The translations under genes and the position numbers were made by a program. Shown piece by piece: positions 1-14,981 of a stretch of 64,000 bases of DNA (its first letter is position 1; each line of letters starts with the position of its first letter). The notes under the pieces are model-generated. The model did no database searches and had not been told where the DNA came from. It was given only the letters and a program-made list of their open reading frames with translations. Location of the stretch: the NCBI GenBank assembly GCA_964016885.1, contig OZ024740.1, forward strand, positions 343,790,001 through 343,854,000, written 5' to 3'. The stretch comes from Eledone cirrhosa (Eukaryota).

Positions 1-590
1 TAATTTAATATATCTACTAACATAAGCGCACAGATGTACGCTAATGCCAGCAAATACACAGATTATGTCATAGTACCTAGGTGGTTCAATGCAGGAGGAT
101 GCAGAACAATAATATAAAAGACGTAAATTAAGAAAATTTAAAAAAAAATTTTTTAAAAAATTAACTTACTTAAATTTTCACTCCAACTAATTAGTTTCTG
201 CAATGGGATAAAGACAGTTACGTAATGAACTGTTGAGAATTTCATTGCGTCATCAGGGAGATCTATTCTCAGCCAAGTCTCCAGGCAATGCGCGGACACT
301 GGGGACTCATATAAAAATAATAATAATCCGGTAAATGGAACAGCTATCGAGGACTGGATTCCAGGCACTGAAAATTCTCACTGCCACTGGTCGGATGGCC
401 GATTCTAAAGAATCAATCACGTGACACAGAGGCTAGTCAGTAGGAATGGGATGGTAAGATGACAGACGCCTACTAACACCCCCCAAAAAATTTAGAAGTG
501 GTTTTGCAGGTTTGCTCGACAAATCAGTGATCTGGAGATAAATATAGATAATTTAATATATCTACTAACATAAGCGCACAGATGTACGCA
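1..590 (-). mobile_element. ~0.55 kb non-coding hammerhead-bearing repeat (PLE pseudo-LTR (pLTR)/retrozyme-like), copy 1, partial tandem
   Basis: The first ~40 nt recur at ~549-589, giving a unit of ~548 nt. Clearly homologous to 1600-2315. Abuts (TA)n and contains a hammerhead motif. Confidence 0.7.
181..260 (-). ncRNA. Type I hammerhead ribozyme, variant with long loop II
   Basis: Minus strand: CTCC-CTGATGA-C-GCAATG...CATTGC-A-GAAA-CTAATTAG-TT^GGAG. Stem I is CTCC/GGAG, stem II GCAATG/CATTGC, stem III palindromic. Confidence 0.7.
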
Positions 591-703
591 TATATGTACA
601 TATATATACATATATATATATATACATATATATATATATGTATATATATACATATATATATATATATGTATATATATACATATATATATATGTATATATA
701 TAC

Positions 704-737
<34 letters not shown>

Positions 738-742
738 ATATG

Positions 743-797
<55 letters not shown>

Positions 798-822
798 GCA
801 TATATATATATGTATATATATG

Positions 823-868
<46 letters not shown>
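591..868. repeat. Imperfect (TA)n microsatellite
   Basis: TA run interrupted by CA/TG. Confidence 0.95.
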
Positions 869-870
<2 letters not shown>

Positions 871-1556
871 TATTGAAGTTTCCGTTGAAAATTGAAAAAG
901 TCATAGGAGTGAAGAGTGTTCTATGTAAGTACCAGAGCTAAATTTAATGTATAATAAACAATACAATATAATTACCTCATTAGCAGAGGTTTCCCGAATA
1001 AGACGAATACAAGAAACGTCCTCATTCATTCGTCGAACAAGGCAATTTAAAACATAGTGAAATATTTGAAGAATCTCCTCAAGAACGGCAAAAGTTTATA
1101 GGGCAAAAATATATATATAAGTAAAAGTAATGCAAGAGATATATGAAAATAAAATAAGGAAATATAGTTAGGGTATGTGTATAAATGTGTGTATATTCAT
1201 TCACAAATGTACATATGTGTGTATGCACAAATGTATGCGTACAGTGAATAAATGTGTGCGTAAGTACATATATGATGGAAAGCATATCAGTGTATGTGTG
1301 ACCACAAATACGTATATAATATACGTTGAAAAAGAAATTGTAAGATAATAGAGTTAACGTACATTCAGACTCAGGTTCTAAGGATTGAAATATATAAACA
1401 TACAAGCATGAAAGCACGCGTATAAACACACACACGCGCGTGACCACATACATGCGAGCGATATATACAGGTAAGGGAGTGTATCAGTCAAAGCAGTGTC
1501 AGGCTGAAGGTCGATATATATACAAAAATGATAAAATGAAAAAATATATGAGAATA

Positions 1557-1599
<43 letters not shown>

Positions 1600-1603
<4 letters not shown>

Positions 1604-2311
1604 AATTAGTATATCTACCAACATATGCGTATAGATGTACACTAATGCTAGCAAATACATAAGTTATGTCATAGTACCTAGGTGGTTCAATGCAGGAGGA
1701 TGCAGAACAAATATATGAAAGACGTAAATAAGAAAATTAAAAAAAAAATTAAAAATTAACTTACTTACTAAAATTTTCACTCCAACTAATTAGTTTCTGT
1801 AATGGGATAAAGATAGTTACGTAATATAACCATCGAGAATTCATTACGTCATCAGGGAGTCTATTCTCAGCTAAGTCTCCAGGCAATGCGCGGACACTAG
1901 TGACTCGTATAAAAATAATAATAATTCGGTGGATGGAACAGCTAGCGGGGACTGGATTCCATGCACTGAAAAAGTTCGTTGTCTCTGGTCAAATGGCAGA
2001 TTCTAAAGAATCAATCACGTGACACTGAGGCTAGTCGGAAGGAGTGGGTTGGTAAGATGACAAAAGCCTACTACCACACCAATGAATTAGTAGTGGATTT
2101 GGCAAGTTTGCTCAACAAATAAATAATTTGGAGATAAATATAAAGAATTAGTATATCTACCAACATATGCGTACAGATGTACACTAATGCTAGCAAATAC
2201 ATAAGTTATGTCATAGTACCTAGGTGGTTCAATGCAGGAGGATGCAGAACAAATATATGAAAGACGTAAATAAGAAAATAAAAAAAAAAAATTAAAAATT
2301 AACTTACTTAC

Positions 2312-2315
<4 letters not shown>
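1600..2315 (-). mobile_element. ~0.54 kb hammerhead-bearing repeat, copy 2, about 1.3 tandem units, flanked by (TA)n on both sides
   Basis: 1600-1772 is repeated almost exactly at 2142-2315. Homologous to 1-590. Confidence 0.75.
1779..1860 (-). ncRNA. Type I hammerhead ribozyme, variant, copy 2
   Basis: Minus strand: ACTCC-CTGATGA-C-GTAATG...CATTAC-A-GAAA-CTAATTAG-TT^GGAGT. Stem II covaries with copy 1. Confidence 0.72.
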
Positions 2316-2376
<61 letters not shown>

Positions 2377-3881
2377 CTGTGTGTGTGTGATTGTATGTGT
2401 GTACCTATGCATACTTACATTTATGTATCAGCTGTGCTAGGGCGAGAAATAAAATTCCAATTTTTTTTTTCTTAATATAATTGTACAATCAATAAATAAA
2501 TAAATAAATAAACCAGTATAACAATATATAAGTAGCATTTCCTTCTCTTTCTTTTACAGTACAGTTCCTTGCTGTAAATGTGCACTGAAAGCTGTGATAT
2601 CTTTAGTTGTAAAACTTGACAAAAACTATCATAGTATCTATAAAGACTTAAGTAGCAGTTTAAACAATAATTTCCGGTCCTTCAAATCTTTGTCTCAGCC
2701 CATCCGACGGATGTATCCGCCTATTCTACAATCGTTATTTTCTAAAGATACTCTAGCTGAAACGCTTCCTTTAGACCTTTCAAAATCATTACTTCTCCTA
2801 TACATTTAATATCTAATATTTTGACGATTTTTGTTTCCACTCTATATCCTCACAATTTACTCCAGCGTTTCTGAAAGTCTATTTCAAAGGCTAAAGGGAG
2901 CATTATAGCATTGTGAAAAACATTAGTCTAAACCTAAAGCTTTCCATCTATGATCATCGGTTATTTTATTCGGCCATCGTGTATACAAGACGACATAAAA
3001 CTCTTCGAGGAGCACGTTGTGTGTACGTGGCACTAAGCGCCATAATCCTGAGCGTTCATGTTTTTTTATCAATTGGACATACTACATGGAACTAGTGTGA
3101 AAAGTGCCTACATGTTCCTACTCTAAATGTAATTATCAAGTGGAAGCAGCATGACACGGTGTAACGAAGTTATACGTGAATTACAAGTATAGGTAAGGCG
3201 ACAGGCCCCCGTAACCTTTCTGTCTACTCAGTTTAACCCACAACCATTTAATCAAACCGAGCTTGTGGTAAAATACACTAATCCAAGATGTCACATGGTG
3301 GTAATAAAAGCGTGTCTTCATAATATTACGTGAATAAATAAAGTCTATTGTTAAACTTGAATTCTATTTATTACCCTCAAGTTTCTTGCCGAGGGGTGAA
3401 ATTTTCAGATATCATAACAATAAAGAAATGATTTCAAAGCATCAGATGAATTTCCCCTTTGATACACCATATGATCAGTTTCTCGCCAGTAAGAAATCTC
3501 AAGTAATGGAAATGTAGTCAACGTCAATAATAACATAGACACACATATAACATATATAATATAAAAAACATTAAAGAATTTGCTTGACAACCACATGACT
3601 CTTGGTTCGATCTTACTGCGCGGCACATTAGACAAATGTTTACTACTATAGCTCCGAGTTTACCAATGTCTTGTGTGTGTATCTGGGTCTATGCTTACGT
3701 AGCTTTGAAGCTTGATCCCCACCAACAAAAAAAGAGACCGATAAAATAAAGAAGCAGATAACAAAAAAATAATAAAAATAATTGGTCGATATCATCGACT
3801 ATATCCCTGTGGTGTCCAGCCTGGCCGCAGTCTAAAAACTGAAAAGAAGCAAAACTTTAAATGAATACATGCATCCTCGCT

Positions 3882-3984
<103 letters not shown>

Positions 3985-5618
3985 TACACACAGACACACA
4001 CAGTTATTTGCAAAAAGTCGCATGTAGTGGAGAGTAGTAAGACTAAATGAGTTAGACACAGGGGGACATACCGACAAAATTGTTTGCAAGAGGTCATGAT
4101 TCAAAAAACACGCAGGGCGATGTAAACAACAGCGCTGTTGAGACCAGTGAAAGTCGGCCGGTGTTTGAAAGTTAAGCATTGATTGATGTCTGACAAACCT
4201 ATTTAAATACTATACTGACTGACACGTTACTGTTTCCTATTAGATGGCCTTGTAAGTACATTGAAAGCACAAGGCCGAGATTGTTGTAGACCTGTGTCAC
4301 TGTGCAGAAATCTATATCACTTTGACGATGTAAATGGGACGGGGATGAGGAGGCGGTAGTAAGAAATAAATTTCAACATTAACAATACCAACAACTAGAA
4401 GAAGGAGATGACAGCGACTATGTAGTTTTGAAGGTGATAACAAATGTCTTCAAGCTAAAGCTGATAGTGTTGGCAACATTGGCGTTTTGTAGTATTGCTG
4501 TTTATTGAGTTAACGGGTAGTTGTTGCTGTTTAACACATGATGATCCACTATGAAGGAAACCTATGATCAAAGAATTTCCAGCCACGACCATTCCTTTTT
4601 TAAGACAGTAAGACCTTATTAAAAGGAAATTTAGTTGCTGTTTGTAGTAGTTCGAACGGCCACATAGAGACTTGAATTCATTGGTTGAATTATAGTTCTT
4701 AGCGGGCGTTAATAGAAAGGTTAATAGCTTGTGGTGTTTAATCGCACCATTAAGTTCTGTGTTCAAGTCCTGCCAGGTGCGACTTTGCTTTTCATTTTTT
4801 TCAGACCCGTTAAAATAATGTTCTTGTCATGTGGTGGGATCGACGTAATCGCTTATACTCACTTAACCCCCAAATTCGTGAATTTTGTGCCAGTATAAGG
4901 AAGTATTGTTGTTTTGAGTGGAGAACGCCAAAACGCGCAATAGATACTGCGCCGTTCAAAATATCAACTACTGCGGGCCCATACATCTTAAATCAAATTT
5001 TATGTATTGAAACTCTGTTACAAATCACTGTTGATTGGGAGAAGGTTCCTCCAGGCTTGTTTCTTTTTTCTCGTGTTTTCTTCTTCATCTTTGCGATTTT
5101 TAATGATTGCTGAATGACGAAATTCCACATAACATATGCTGGGGTAGATAAAATAAAACACCAGTAAACTACCGAGGTCGATGTGATCGACTTACCCCCT
5201 CCAAACTAATTGCTGATCTTCTGCCTATATTAGAAATTATTATTACCAATTTATTTCGTGAGCTAGATTTGAGTGACATAAACACTTACGTATATTTTAC
5301 GGATATCGTAAGTTAGTTTCAGTCGCTTTAATCCTTCTTCTACTTCCAGGGTCACTTCCCCTTTGTTTATATTAAGTCAATTAATTTTTCACACATTCGT
5401 GCACGCACGCACATATATTTATATTGGCGTGTGGTCTAGGGTTTAAAGGGTTGGACTTATAATCATAATGTCGTGGGATCGATTCCTGGACCGGGTTGTG
5501 TATTGTATTCTGTGTATTGAGAAAAATACTTTCACGTTTCTCCACTACATTCAATTTAAAATGAGTTGTAGGTTCGACCTGAAGCAGCTGAAGGACACAA
5601 CGCGCTTCTCTGTACGAG

Positions 5619-5662
5619 TATCAAACTCACAACCATACGATCGTTATCGTTATGTATATATA

Positions 5663-5725
<63 letters not shown>

Positions 5726-5775
5726 AAAAGCGTGGCGTGGTGGGTGCTGGGATAACGATCGTATGGTTCTGAGTT

Positions 5776-5780
<5 letters not shown>
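5619..5780. repeat. 30-bp inverted repeat around a (TC)n(TA)n tract
   Basis: 5619-5648 TATCAAACTCACAACCATACGATCGTTATC against 5751-5780, one mismatch. Confidence 0.85.
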
Positions 5781-5835
<55 letters not shown>

Positions 5836-6150
5836 ATGTGTGTCTGTGTGTCTCTTTAATACACACATTGAATGGATCTCGTGTCAGTTTTGAAGGCACC
5901 AAACAACGGAAATACCTACTCATTGTACTGCAGCGAAATTCTCAGAGAATTTCACATATGCTTATTTCCTTACCCTAAACTTCCTGCCGTTTCAACGTCT
6001 ACACTGGCCTTCCGAATTACAGGTACATTCCAACTAATCGGCTTCCACCAAATGTTCCGTCTATATAAAGTATAACACACAATGGTGGTTTCAATACGAG
6101 ATTGTTGGGCCTAGTTAAGGCTCGGCTTCTCACCTGGAATATCGATATAA

Positions 6151-6193
<43 letters not shown>

Positions 6194-6207
6194 GATATAT
6201 AATGATA

Positions 6208-6750
6208 ATAATGGTTTCTTATATAGGCACAAGGCCAGCAATTTTGGGGGAGGAGAAAGTCGATTAACTTGACCCCAGTGCGTGACTGGTACTTTATTTT
6301 ATCGACCCCGTAACGATGAAAGGCAAAGTTAACCACGGCGGGATTTGAACTCTGATCATAAAGGGACGTAACTCTAAGCTGGAGAGCATCGCGTCCGACC
6401 CTCTACCTATAATGCCAATCCACCGCCCTTAATAATAAGTGTTTCTACTTTTGGCACAAGGCCAGCAATTACCCAGTACATTACTGGTACTTTATTTTAT
6501 CGACCGCCGTAAGGATGAAAGGCAAAGTTAAAATCGACGGGATTTGAACTCAGACCGTAATGGCTTCTTATATAGGCACAGGGCCAGGAATTTTAGGGGG
6601 AGGGGAAGTCGATTAAATCGACCCAAGTATGTTACTGGTATTTTATTTTATCGAATCCGTAAGGATGAAAGGCAAACTTAACCAAGGCGGGATCTGAACT
6701 CAGACCGTAAAGGGGCGTAACGCAAAGCATGCGTACGACCCTCTACCGAT
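6208..6750 (-). mobile_element. Cluster of three tRNA-derived SINE copies (long, partial short, long)
   Basis: Each has a B-box-like GAGTTCA(A/G)ATCC and the core CTTTGCCTTTCATC...GATAAAATAAA...TACCAG on the minus strand. Confidence 0.85.
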
Positions 6751-6762
6751 ATATAATGATAC

Positions 6763-6979
6763 TAATATATAAGGGAACAATGAATCAATATTGCATCATA
6801 TACATATTTAGACTCACGTCTATAAGCGAGTCTACATGTTAACATATATCTGAGGAGCTTCCGATTCCAGAGTCAGGATCGATCATTAATCGATCGTTCC
6901 TCGAGCTGATAGACAATGAAACATATGTAATTAAATATGTATATGATGCAACACTGATTCTTTGTTCCTTTATATATTA
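6763..6979. repeat. ~48-bp inverted repeat enclosing a structured spacer with a degenerate hammerhead-like motif
   Basis: Arms 6763-6810 and 6932-6979. Inside: CTGAGGA at 6850 and GAAACATATGTA at 6918-6929. Confidence 0.6.
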
Positions 6980-7065
6980 CTATTAATGACACTCTGCTCC
7001 CCACGAGCATAGAGTGCTCATTTCGGCATACAGCCTACGGACGCAATTCATTTGTATATATATAT

Positions 7066-7096
<31 letters not shown>

Positions 7097-7579
7097 CCAT
7101 ATAGGTAGGTGAACAAATACAATATATCATATAAGTATGTATATGCATATATGCATGTGTGTTTATATATATATATATATACGTACACACACACATACAA
7201 ACATATATATGTATGTATACATACAGGCACATATATATGTATACATGCAAATATGCATATACACATGTTTATACATATATACAAACTTATATTATATTTG
7301 TTGCAATAAGACTTCATGTGTCTGTATACGTTCCTAATAGCTTCACATTGGTATGTTCAATAAGCATTCGATATGAAATAGATAGAATAAAGTCAACTGG
7401 CTAAACAACTCGAGTTATTCCTTTAATAATCTTGTTGATACCACTTTCTTACAGCGAGATTTAAATACCTTATACAAATGCGTTGAAAACAACAGCATGC
7501 ATATTAATGCCAGAATTTCAAACACTCTACAGTCGATGCAGTAAAATATTTGTTGTAATTTATTCAATTCATACTTTAA

Positions 7580-7930
7580 TGTGATATTCAACAGGACTTT
7601 TACCGTAAAAATTAAAATATTAAACAGCATCCCACTAATTAGCATGAAGTTGTTCGTCACCTCTCTCCACTTCTTTGCTCATAGATATGCGGCTTTCTCC
7701 CCATGTCTTCTCTATCGCTACTATAATAGCATTGTCTCGGTGGAGCTTGCTGGTTTCGTGCCACCACCACTCAGGACCTTCTATTCACCTATAGTGTGTT
7801 CACAAATCTACGCCCCATAACTAACACCAATTTCCAGTCCATCCTCCCTAGAATGGCGAACTTCTGGTCTTCCTTTCCTGTCTATATTTGTCATCCATTT
7901 ATTAGCTGTGTGGATCGCATTAGTCTATGT
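7580..7930 (+). mobile_element. Degenerate CR1/Jockey-group LINE ORF2 C-terminal fragment
   Basis: AHRYAAFSPCLLYRYYNSIVSVELAGFVPPP...ILPRMANFWSSFP resembles the HRR..SL.LFYRYY...SELA..VPP...PRT..LWN.LP tail of these RTs. Confidence 0.5.
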
Positions 7931-8037
7931 GGAACTGTGAAAATCTTAGTTATCACACAAACATTCTTCTCGACCAAAACATCAAAACAATATCTTACAG
8001 CGCATTCAAGGTACCAGTTAAGTAGCAAAGGGAAAGA

Positions 8038-8100
<63 letters not shown>

Positions 8101-9326
8101 TGAGAGAGATAGAGAGAGATGAGGGAGATATTGAGACAGAGGCAGACGCAGAACCATCATTTTTATGTCCGTTTTTCCATGCTTGCACGTGTTGGCCGGA
8201 ATTTAAACCTGGTTCGTGAGACTTAAAGTGACCGAGAGTATACAACTCTATTCCGTCACTTTGACGAAACTGAACTGGAGCAAGTTGAAATGAAATGTCA
8301 CATTCAGGATCATAGTGAGACACACGAATGGGGAATCAAACCCGCGATACTATAATCGTGAACCCAACACTACGCGCATTCACCGGTTAAGTACTGTGTC
8401 AAATTTAATCGACTGCATTTATTTATACTTCACTAAAAAAAAAAAAGGGATCCTTCCAGAGTGTTTCATAAATCTTCATCGTTTGAGATTCGTTTTGTGA
8501 CTTGATCTTCCGATTCATTATTAAAAAGTTTAGATTTACGAGTCTTTCTTTAACTGCTGTTAAACTTAACATTTTGTGCCCTGGAGAAAGATTTTCCAGG
8601 TGCAAATATATAGTTAGTCCTGACCGACGGTGGTCTTTTATAATATATAGATCCTTTTCATGCCTTAGTATCTGAAATATATTATAAGTGCGAAGTGTCA
8701 AAGATCTTAAGTAACCGCTTATGTATTTTAATATTCAAAACAACACTTCGTCATGTTAGACAGATTTCACAAAAAAAACTGCTTTACCTGCCAGGTTTAT
8801 TCAGCAAATGAATAGGCAGGTTCTCTCATGTTTGTATACTTAAGAAGAAGAAGGGGGAAAAGAAGAAGAAGAAGAAGAAGAAGAAGAAGAAGAAGAAGAA
8901 GAAGAAGAAGAAGAAGAAGATGTTGCTGCTATTGCTGCTGCTGGTGATGATGAAGGAGAAGGAAATATACTAAAACCTACCTACAACAGCGTTAAAGAGT
9001 TACAATGACAAAAATATAGAAAAAGTAATTAAAAACATAAAAAAAACCCAGCGGTGCCGAAAGCGTAAAAAAAAAAAAAAAAAAAGGAAAAAAAAAATAA
9101 AATGAAGAGAACGAGATGCGAAAAGAATAGAACGGGAATAAAAGATAAGATATATACGATAAATATTAGAAGAAATGAAAGGAAATAAAACTTCATCAGA
9201 AGAGGTTAGATAACTATCAAACATATATGATCGCGCCATCGTAATTTCGTTCCTTTTATGTTTTTCACACGGGCATGCACACATACATACATATACTCAA
9301 ACATGTACTCACACGCAAAGATTCAG

Positions 9327-9404
<78 letters not shown>

Positions 9405-9480
9405 TCACACACAGGCACACACTGACATATTCAGACACAAACCCACACAAGCATATATATATATATATAATATATATATA

Positions 9481-9557
<77 letters not shown>

Positions 9558-9736
9558 ATATATATGTGTGTGTGTGTGACTATGAATATATGAATATATA
9601 TATATACGTATATACGTGGGTGAATTTGTAGATATATGGGTAGATATTTTATGTATACGTGTTTTTATGTATATGTGTATAGTGTATATATATATATACT
9701 TGTATAATCAGGTAAATAGAGAGATAGAAAAATTTC

Positions 9737-9776
<40 letters not shown>

Positions 9777-9957
9777 GGAACGATAGGGGGCTGAGATCAA
9801 GCCGTTTCGACGGCTAATTCTGGACAAGAATCAGAATTCGACGGCTTGAGCTCAGCCGTCGGGGTCCTACTCGTTCCTATTACCCACTATACTACCCTAA
9901 GTATTGAGTACTTTGGTGCGTTATGGTCCACCTGGTTCCTTACCACATTTCCTTCGT

Positions 9958-11672
<1,715 letters not shown>

Positions 11673-11891
11673 TAAGTTCAAGATAGGGGCACACATAATA
11701 ACAAAGACAATGTCAAAAACAACGGAAAGACGGATAGTCCCATTTCCTTTCTCAACCTCTGGAAATCACTTATGTTTCGGTCCATTAAGGTTGATACCGT
11801 TCATACCAGTGTAGATCGGGACTAACAAAATAATGTAATAATGTAAAGACAAGTTATGCCTTTAGGCAAATTAAACAAGAGCTTAGACAAA

Positions 11892-11940
<49 letters not shown>

Positions 11941-11969
11941 TTTATAACAATATCACCCTCCCCAAATGT

Positions 11970-12026
<57 letters not shown>

Positions 12027-12029
<3 letters not shown>

Positions 12030-12512
12030 TTTCTGAATTTGTTTAGCAAGATTCTTTATCTGAAATCGTGTGTTGAAACCGATATTGTTATACTTTGGGA
12101 GGGTCATGTTGCCAATAAGAAACACACGCACCAGTTGCTTTCACCCCAATTTATTGTAATAAATTTATAATAAATTTATAAATTTATAAATTTCTGGTTG
12201 GTTGGTTGGTTGGTTCCACAACCAGATGATTGTTCATATATTGTCATAGTTCTTTCTTCACACACTCTGTGAAACAAAATGGCGTAGGACAGAACAAAGG
12301 AGAGGCACAGAAACAAAGAAAGGAATCCCCAGTCACTGAAGAGGTCACAGAGTGTGTGACGAAAGAACTATGACAATATATGAACATTCATCTGGTTGTG
12401 GAACCAACCAACCAACCAGAAATTTATAAATTTATAAATTTATTATAATAAATTGAAGTGAAAGCAACTGGTGCGTGTGTTTCTTATTGGAAACATGACC
12501 CTCCCAAAGTAT

Positions 12513-12520
<8 letters not shown>
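12027..12520. mobile_element. PLE-like pLTR remnant with inverted duplication, inserted in (TA)n
   Basis: ~12083-12272 is the reverse complement of ~12345-12520. Homologous to 14673-14984. Contains a hammerhead. Confidence 0.75.
12332..12374 (+). ncRNA. Minimal type I hammerhead ribozyme
   Basis: GTCA-CTGAAGA-G-GTCAC(AGAGTGT)GTGAC-GAAA-GAAC-TA^TGAC. Confidence 0.78.
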
Positions 12521-12610
<90 letters not shown>

Positions 12611-12789
12611 ATATTTATATGTTTATGTGTGTGTGTGCAGAATATTAGTAGATAACATGCCAAGATAATCAATGCCGAGTTTATTTTTGACCGGCCACCT
12701 CCCTGTGGTAAGTTTGTTAAGAAAAGGAAATTTTCGTCATCTCTTGTGTAAGCGTTTGTGCATTGAATAGTAAGAATGTATTACGCTAG

Positions 12790-13470
12790 ATATCGCAGCC
12801 ATGTGTACATTATGAATGAAGTAGTGATGTTCTTTCTCAAGAAAATCCAAGTTCAGTTATACTTTGGTCCAAGCGGGTTGGTATATAACCTGTAGCCCCA
12901 ATAATGAGGGGTATGAAGCTGAACGCGTGATGTATACTGAATCTGCAGACTCCTCACTAATGGTCCGTCGTTATCCTCCTTGTCTTGCATTCTTTTTACA
13001 GAGCATGCTTTTAATGTGTACTGCTAAACAACAATATCAGGTTGGTTATGCTTTAATGTGGTGGCAGTTTTTATTTTTAGGTTCCAACTGTATTCCTTTG
13101 AGCCACCATTCTTAACAATTTCTTCTCTATTTGATTTGATTTTCGTCCGGATTATTCGAATGATCACACTCAGCAACACGGGGAGGAGTAACAGTTGAAA
13201 ATATGTGGCAAGCATCTTCAATCTTTCTTTTGTGCAGTAGGTACTTTGTTGGGATTTCTTGTTCCTGGATTACATGGAAATATCATCCAAGGTAGGATGT
13301 TATCAACTTGTCGGAACCACATGTCAGGCTTTTGGTATAATTTACCCCCTCTACTGCCTGTGTTATTCAACTTAAGTACCCATGTACAACCTTCTCATTG
13401 AATTGACTCATTTATAAATTTTTGTTCAAGCATTGATTAGTCTTACAACATTCATGGGAGAGAGATTATA
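12790..13470 (-). mobile_element. Degenerate non-LTR retrotransposon C-terminus with restriction-like endonuclease (RLE; R4/NeSL-like)
   Basis: TATTLKHNQPDIVV (HNxPD RLE motif) followed by a decayed PLIIGATGYIP-like segment. Broken by stops and frameshifts. Confidence 0.55.
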
Positions 13471-13514
13471 TCAAGTTTTATTTCATGTCTCTATTCAGTG
13501 GCTATCGTTGCTTT

Positions 13515-13868
13515 GAGGCATAGAGTTACGGCCATTTACCTTATGTGTTCAAATCTCGCCGATGTTAGCTTTGCCTTTCATCTTCATGCGGTTGACAAAA
13601 TATAGTACCAGTCATGCACTGGTTTGATCTAATCGACTTTCCCCTCCCTCCAAATTGCTGGTCTTGTACCTATAGTAGAAATCATTTTCAATTGGCAGTA
13701 TCGGTAGAGGGTCGGACGCCATTCTTTCCAGCATAGTTACATCCCTTTACGGTCTGAGTTCAAATCCCGTCAAGGTTAACTTTGCCTTTCATCCTTACGG
13801 GGTCGATAAAATAAAGTACCAGTAATGCACTGCATAATTGCTGGTCTTGTGCCAAAATTAGAAACAAT
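13515..13868 (+). mobile_element. Two tandem SINE copies (long then short form)
   Basis: Same head, core and tail as the other copies. Confidence 0.85.
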
Positions 13869-14213
13869 TATTTTCATGTTCATATGTATGTGTGTCTGAA
13901 ATGTAGATATTTGTATGTGTCTCTAATAATTTAATCTTTTTAAATATATCTATTTTCTCTTTCTCCTTTACTTCTGATAATGGTTACGTGCCCGCCACCC
14001 CATATCAACTGTATTATATTCCTTCTGGGTTTCACTCTGGCACTTATTGAACTTGCTGCGTACACTTGTCCTTAGCCCCTTTCTCGTCTTATTGACTCCC
14101 TTGATTATCCACCCAACTGGTGATTAAAAGGTCATAAATCTTTTTAGCGCAATTTGTCTTCTCCAGCTACTAAAAATGATTATGATAAATAGATGAGCCT
14201 AGTTTGACCACAA

Positions 14214-14272
<59 letters not shown>

Positions 14273-14276
<4 letters not shown>

Positions 14277-14300
14277 CGAAGTGTATCACTTAATATTAGA

Positions 14301-14366
<66 letters not shown>

Positions 14367-14392
14367 TAATGTTAAGTGATACACTTCGCTTT
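14273..14392. repeat. 30-bp fold-back arms around (TA)n
   Basis: AAAGCGAAGTGTATCACTTAATATTAGAAT against 14363-14392, one mismatch. Confidence 0.88.
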
Positions 14393-14544
14393 TATTGTTT
14401 ATGACAATGGTATAACAGTAATTAATGATCACGACGTATTTATATGTTTTATCATTTTCCAATATAACACACTCCCTTTCCTTATATCTCTCACTTTCAT
14501 TCTGTTTTGAGCTGTCAATTTAATATGTACAAAAAAAAAAAAAA

Positions 14545-14981
14545 AGATTTTAGCCACAATCACATCTAACCCAGTCCAGGTAGTTGCTCATATAAGTGAG
14601 GAATTTGCTTAATTGAATCACGTTTCGATGATTTCTTGACCGAAGGAAACAGCCCAAGTTTATATATATATATAGAAACAAGATGGCGTAGGACAGAACA
14701 AAGGAGAGGCACAAAAAGAAAGAAAAGAATCCCCAGTCACTGAAGAGGTCACAGAATGTGTGACGAAAGAACTTTGACAATATATAAACAACCATCTGGT
14801 TGTGGAACCAACCAACGGAAATTTATAAATTCCTAAATTTATAAATTTATTATAATAAATTGAAGTGAAAGCAACTGGTGCGTGTGTTTCTTATTGGCAA
14901 CATGACCCTCCCAAAGTATAACAATATCGGTTTCAACACATGGTTTCAGATAAAGAATCTTGCTAAACAAATTCATAAACG

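Noticed and set aside
2540-2809. Pyrimidine tract and CAG at ~2559 followed by a short open frame (possible host exon)
   Set aside because: No recognisable domain or partner exons. Cannot be supported without RNA data.
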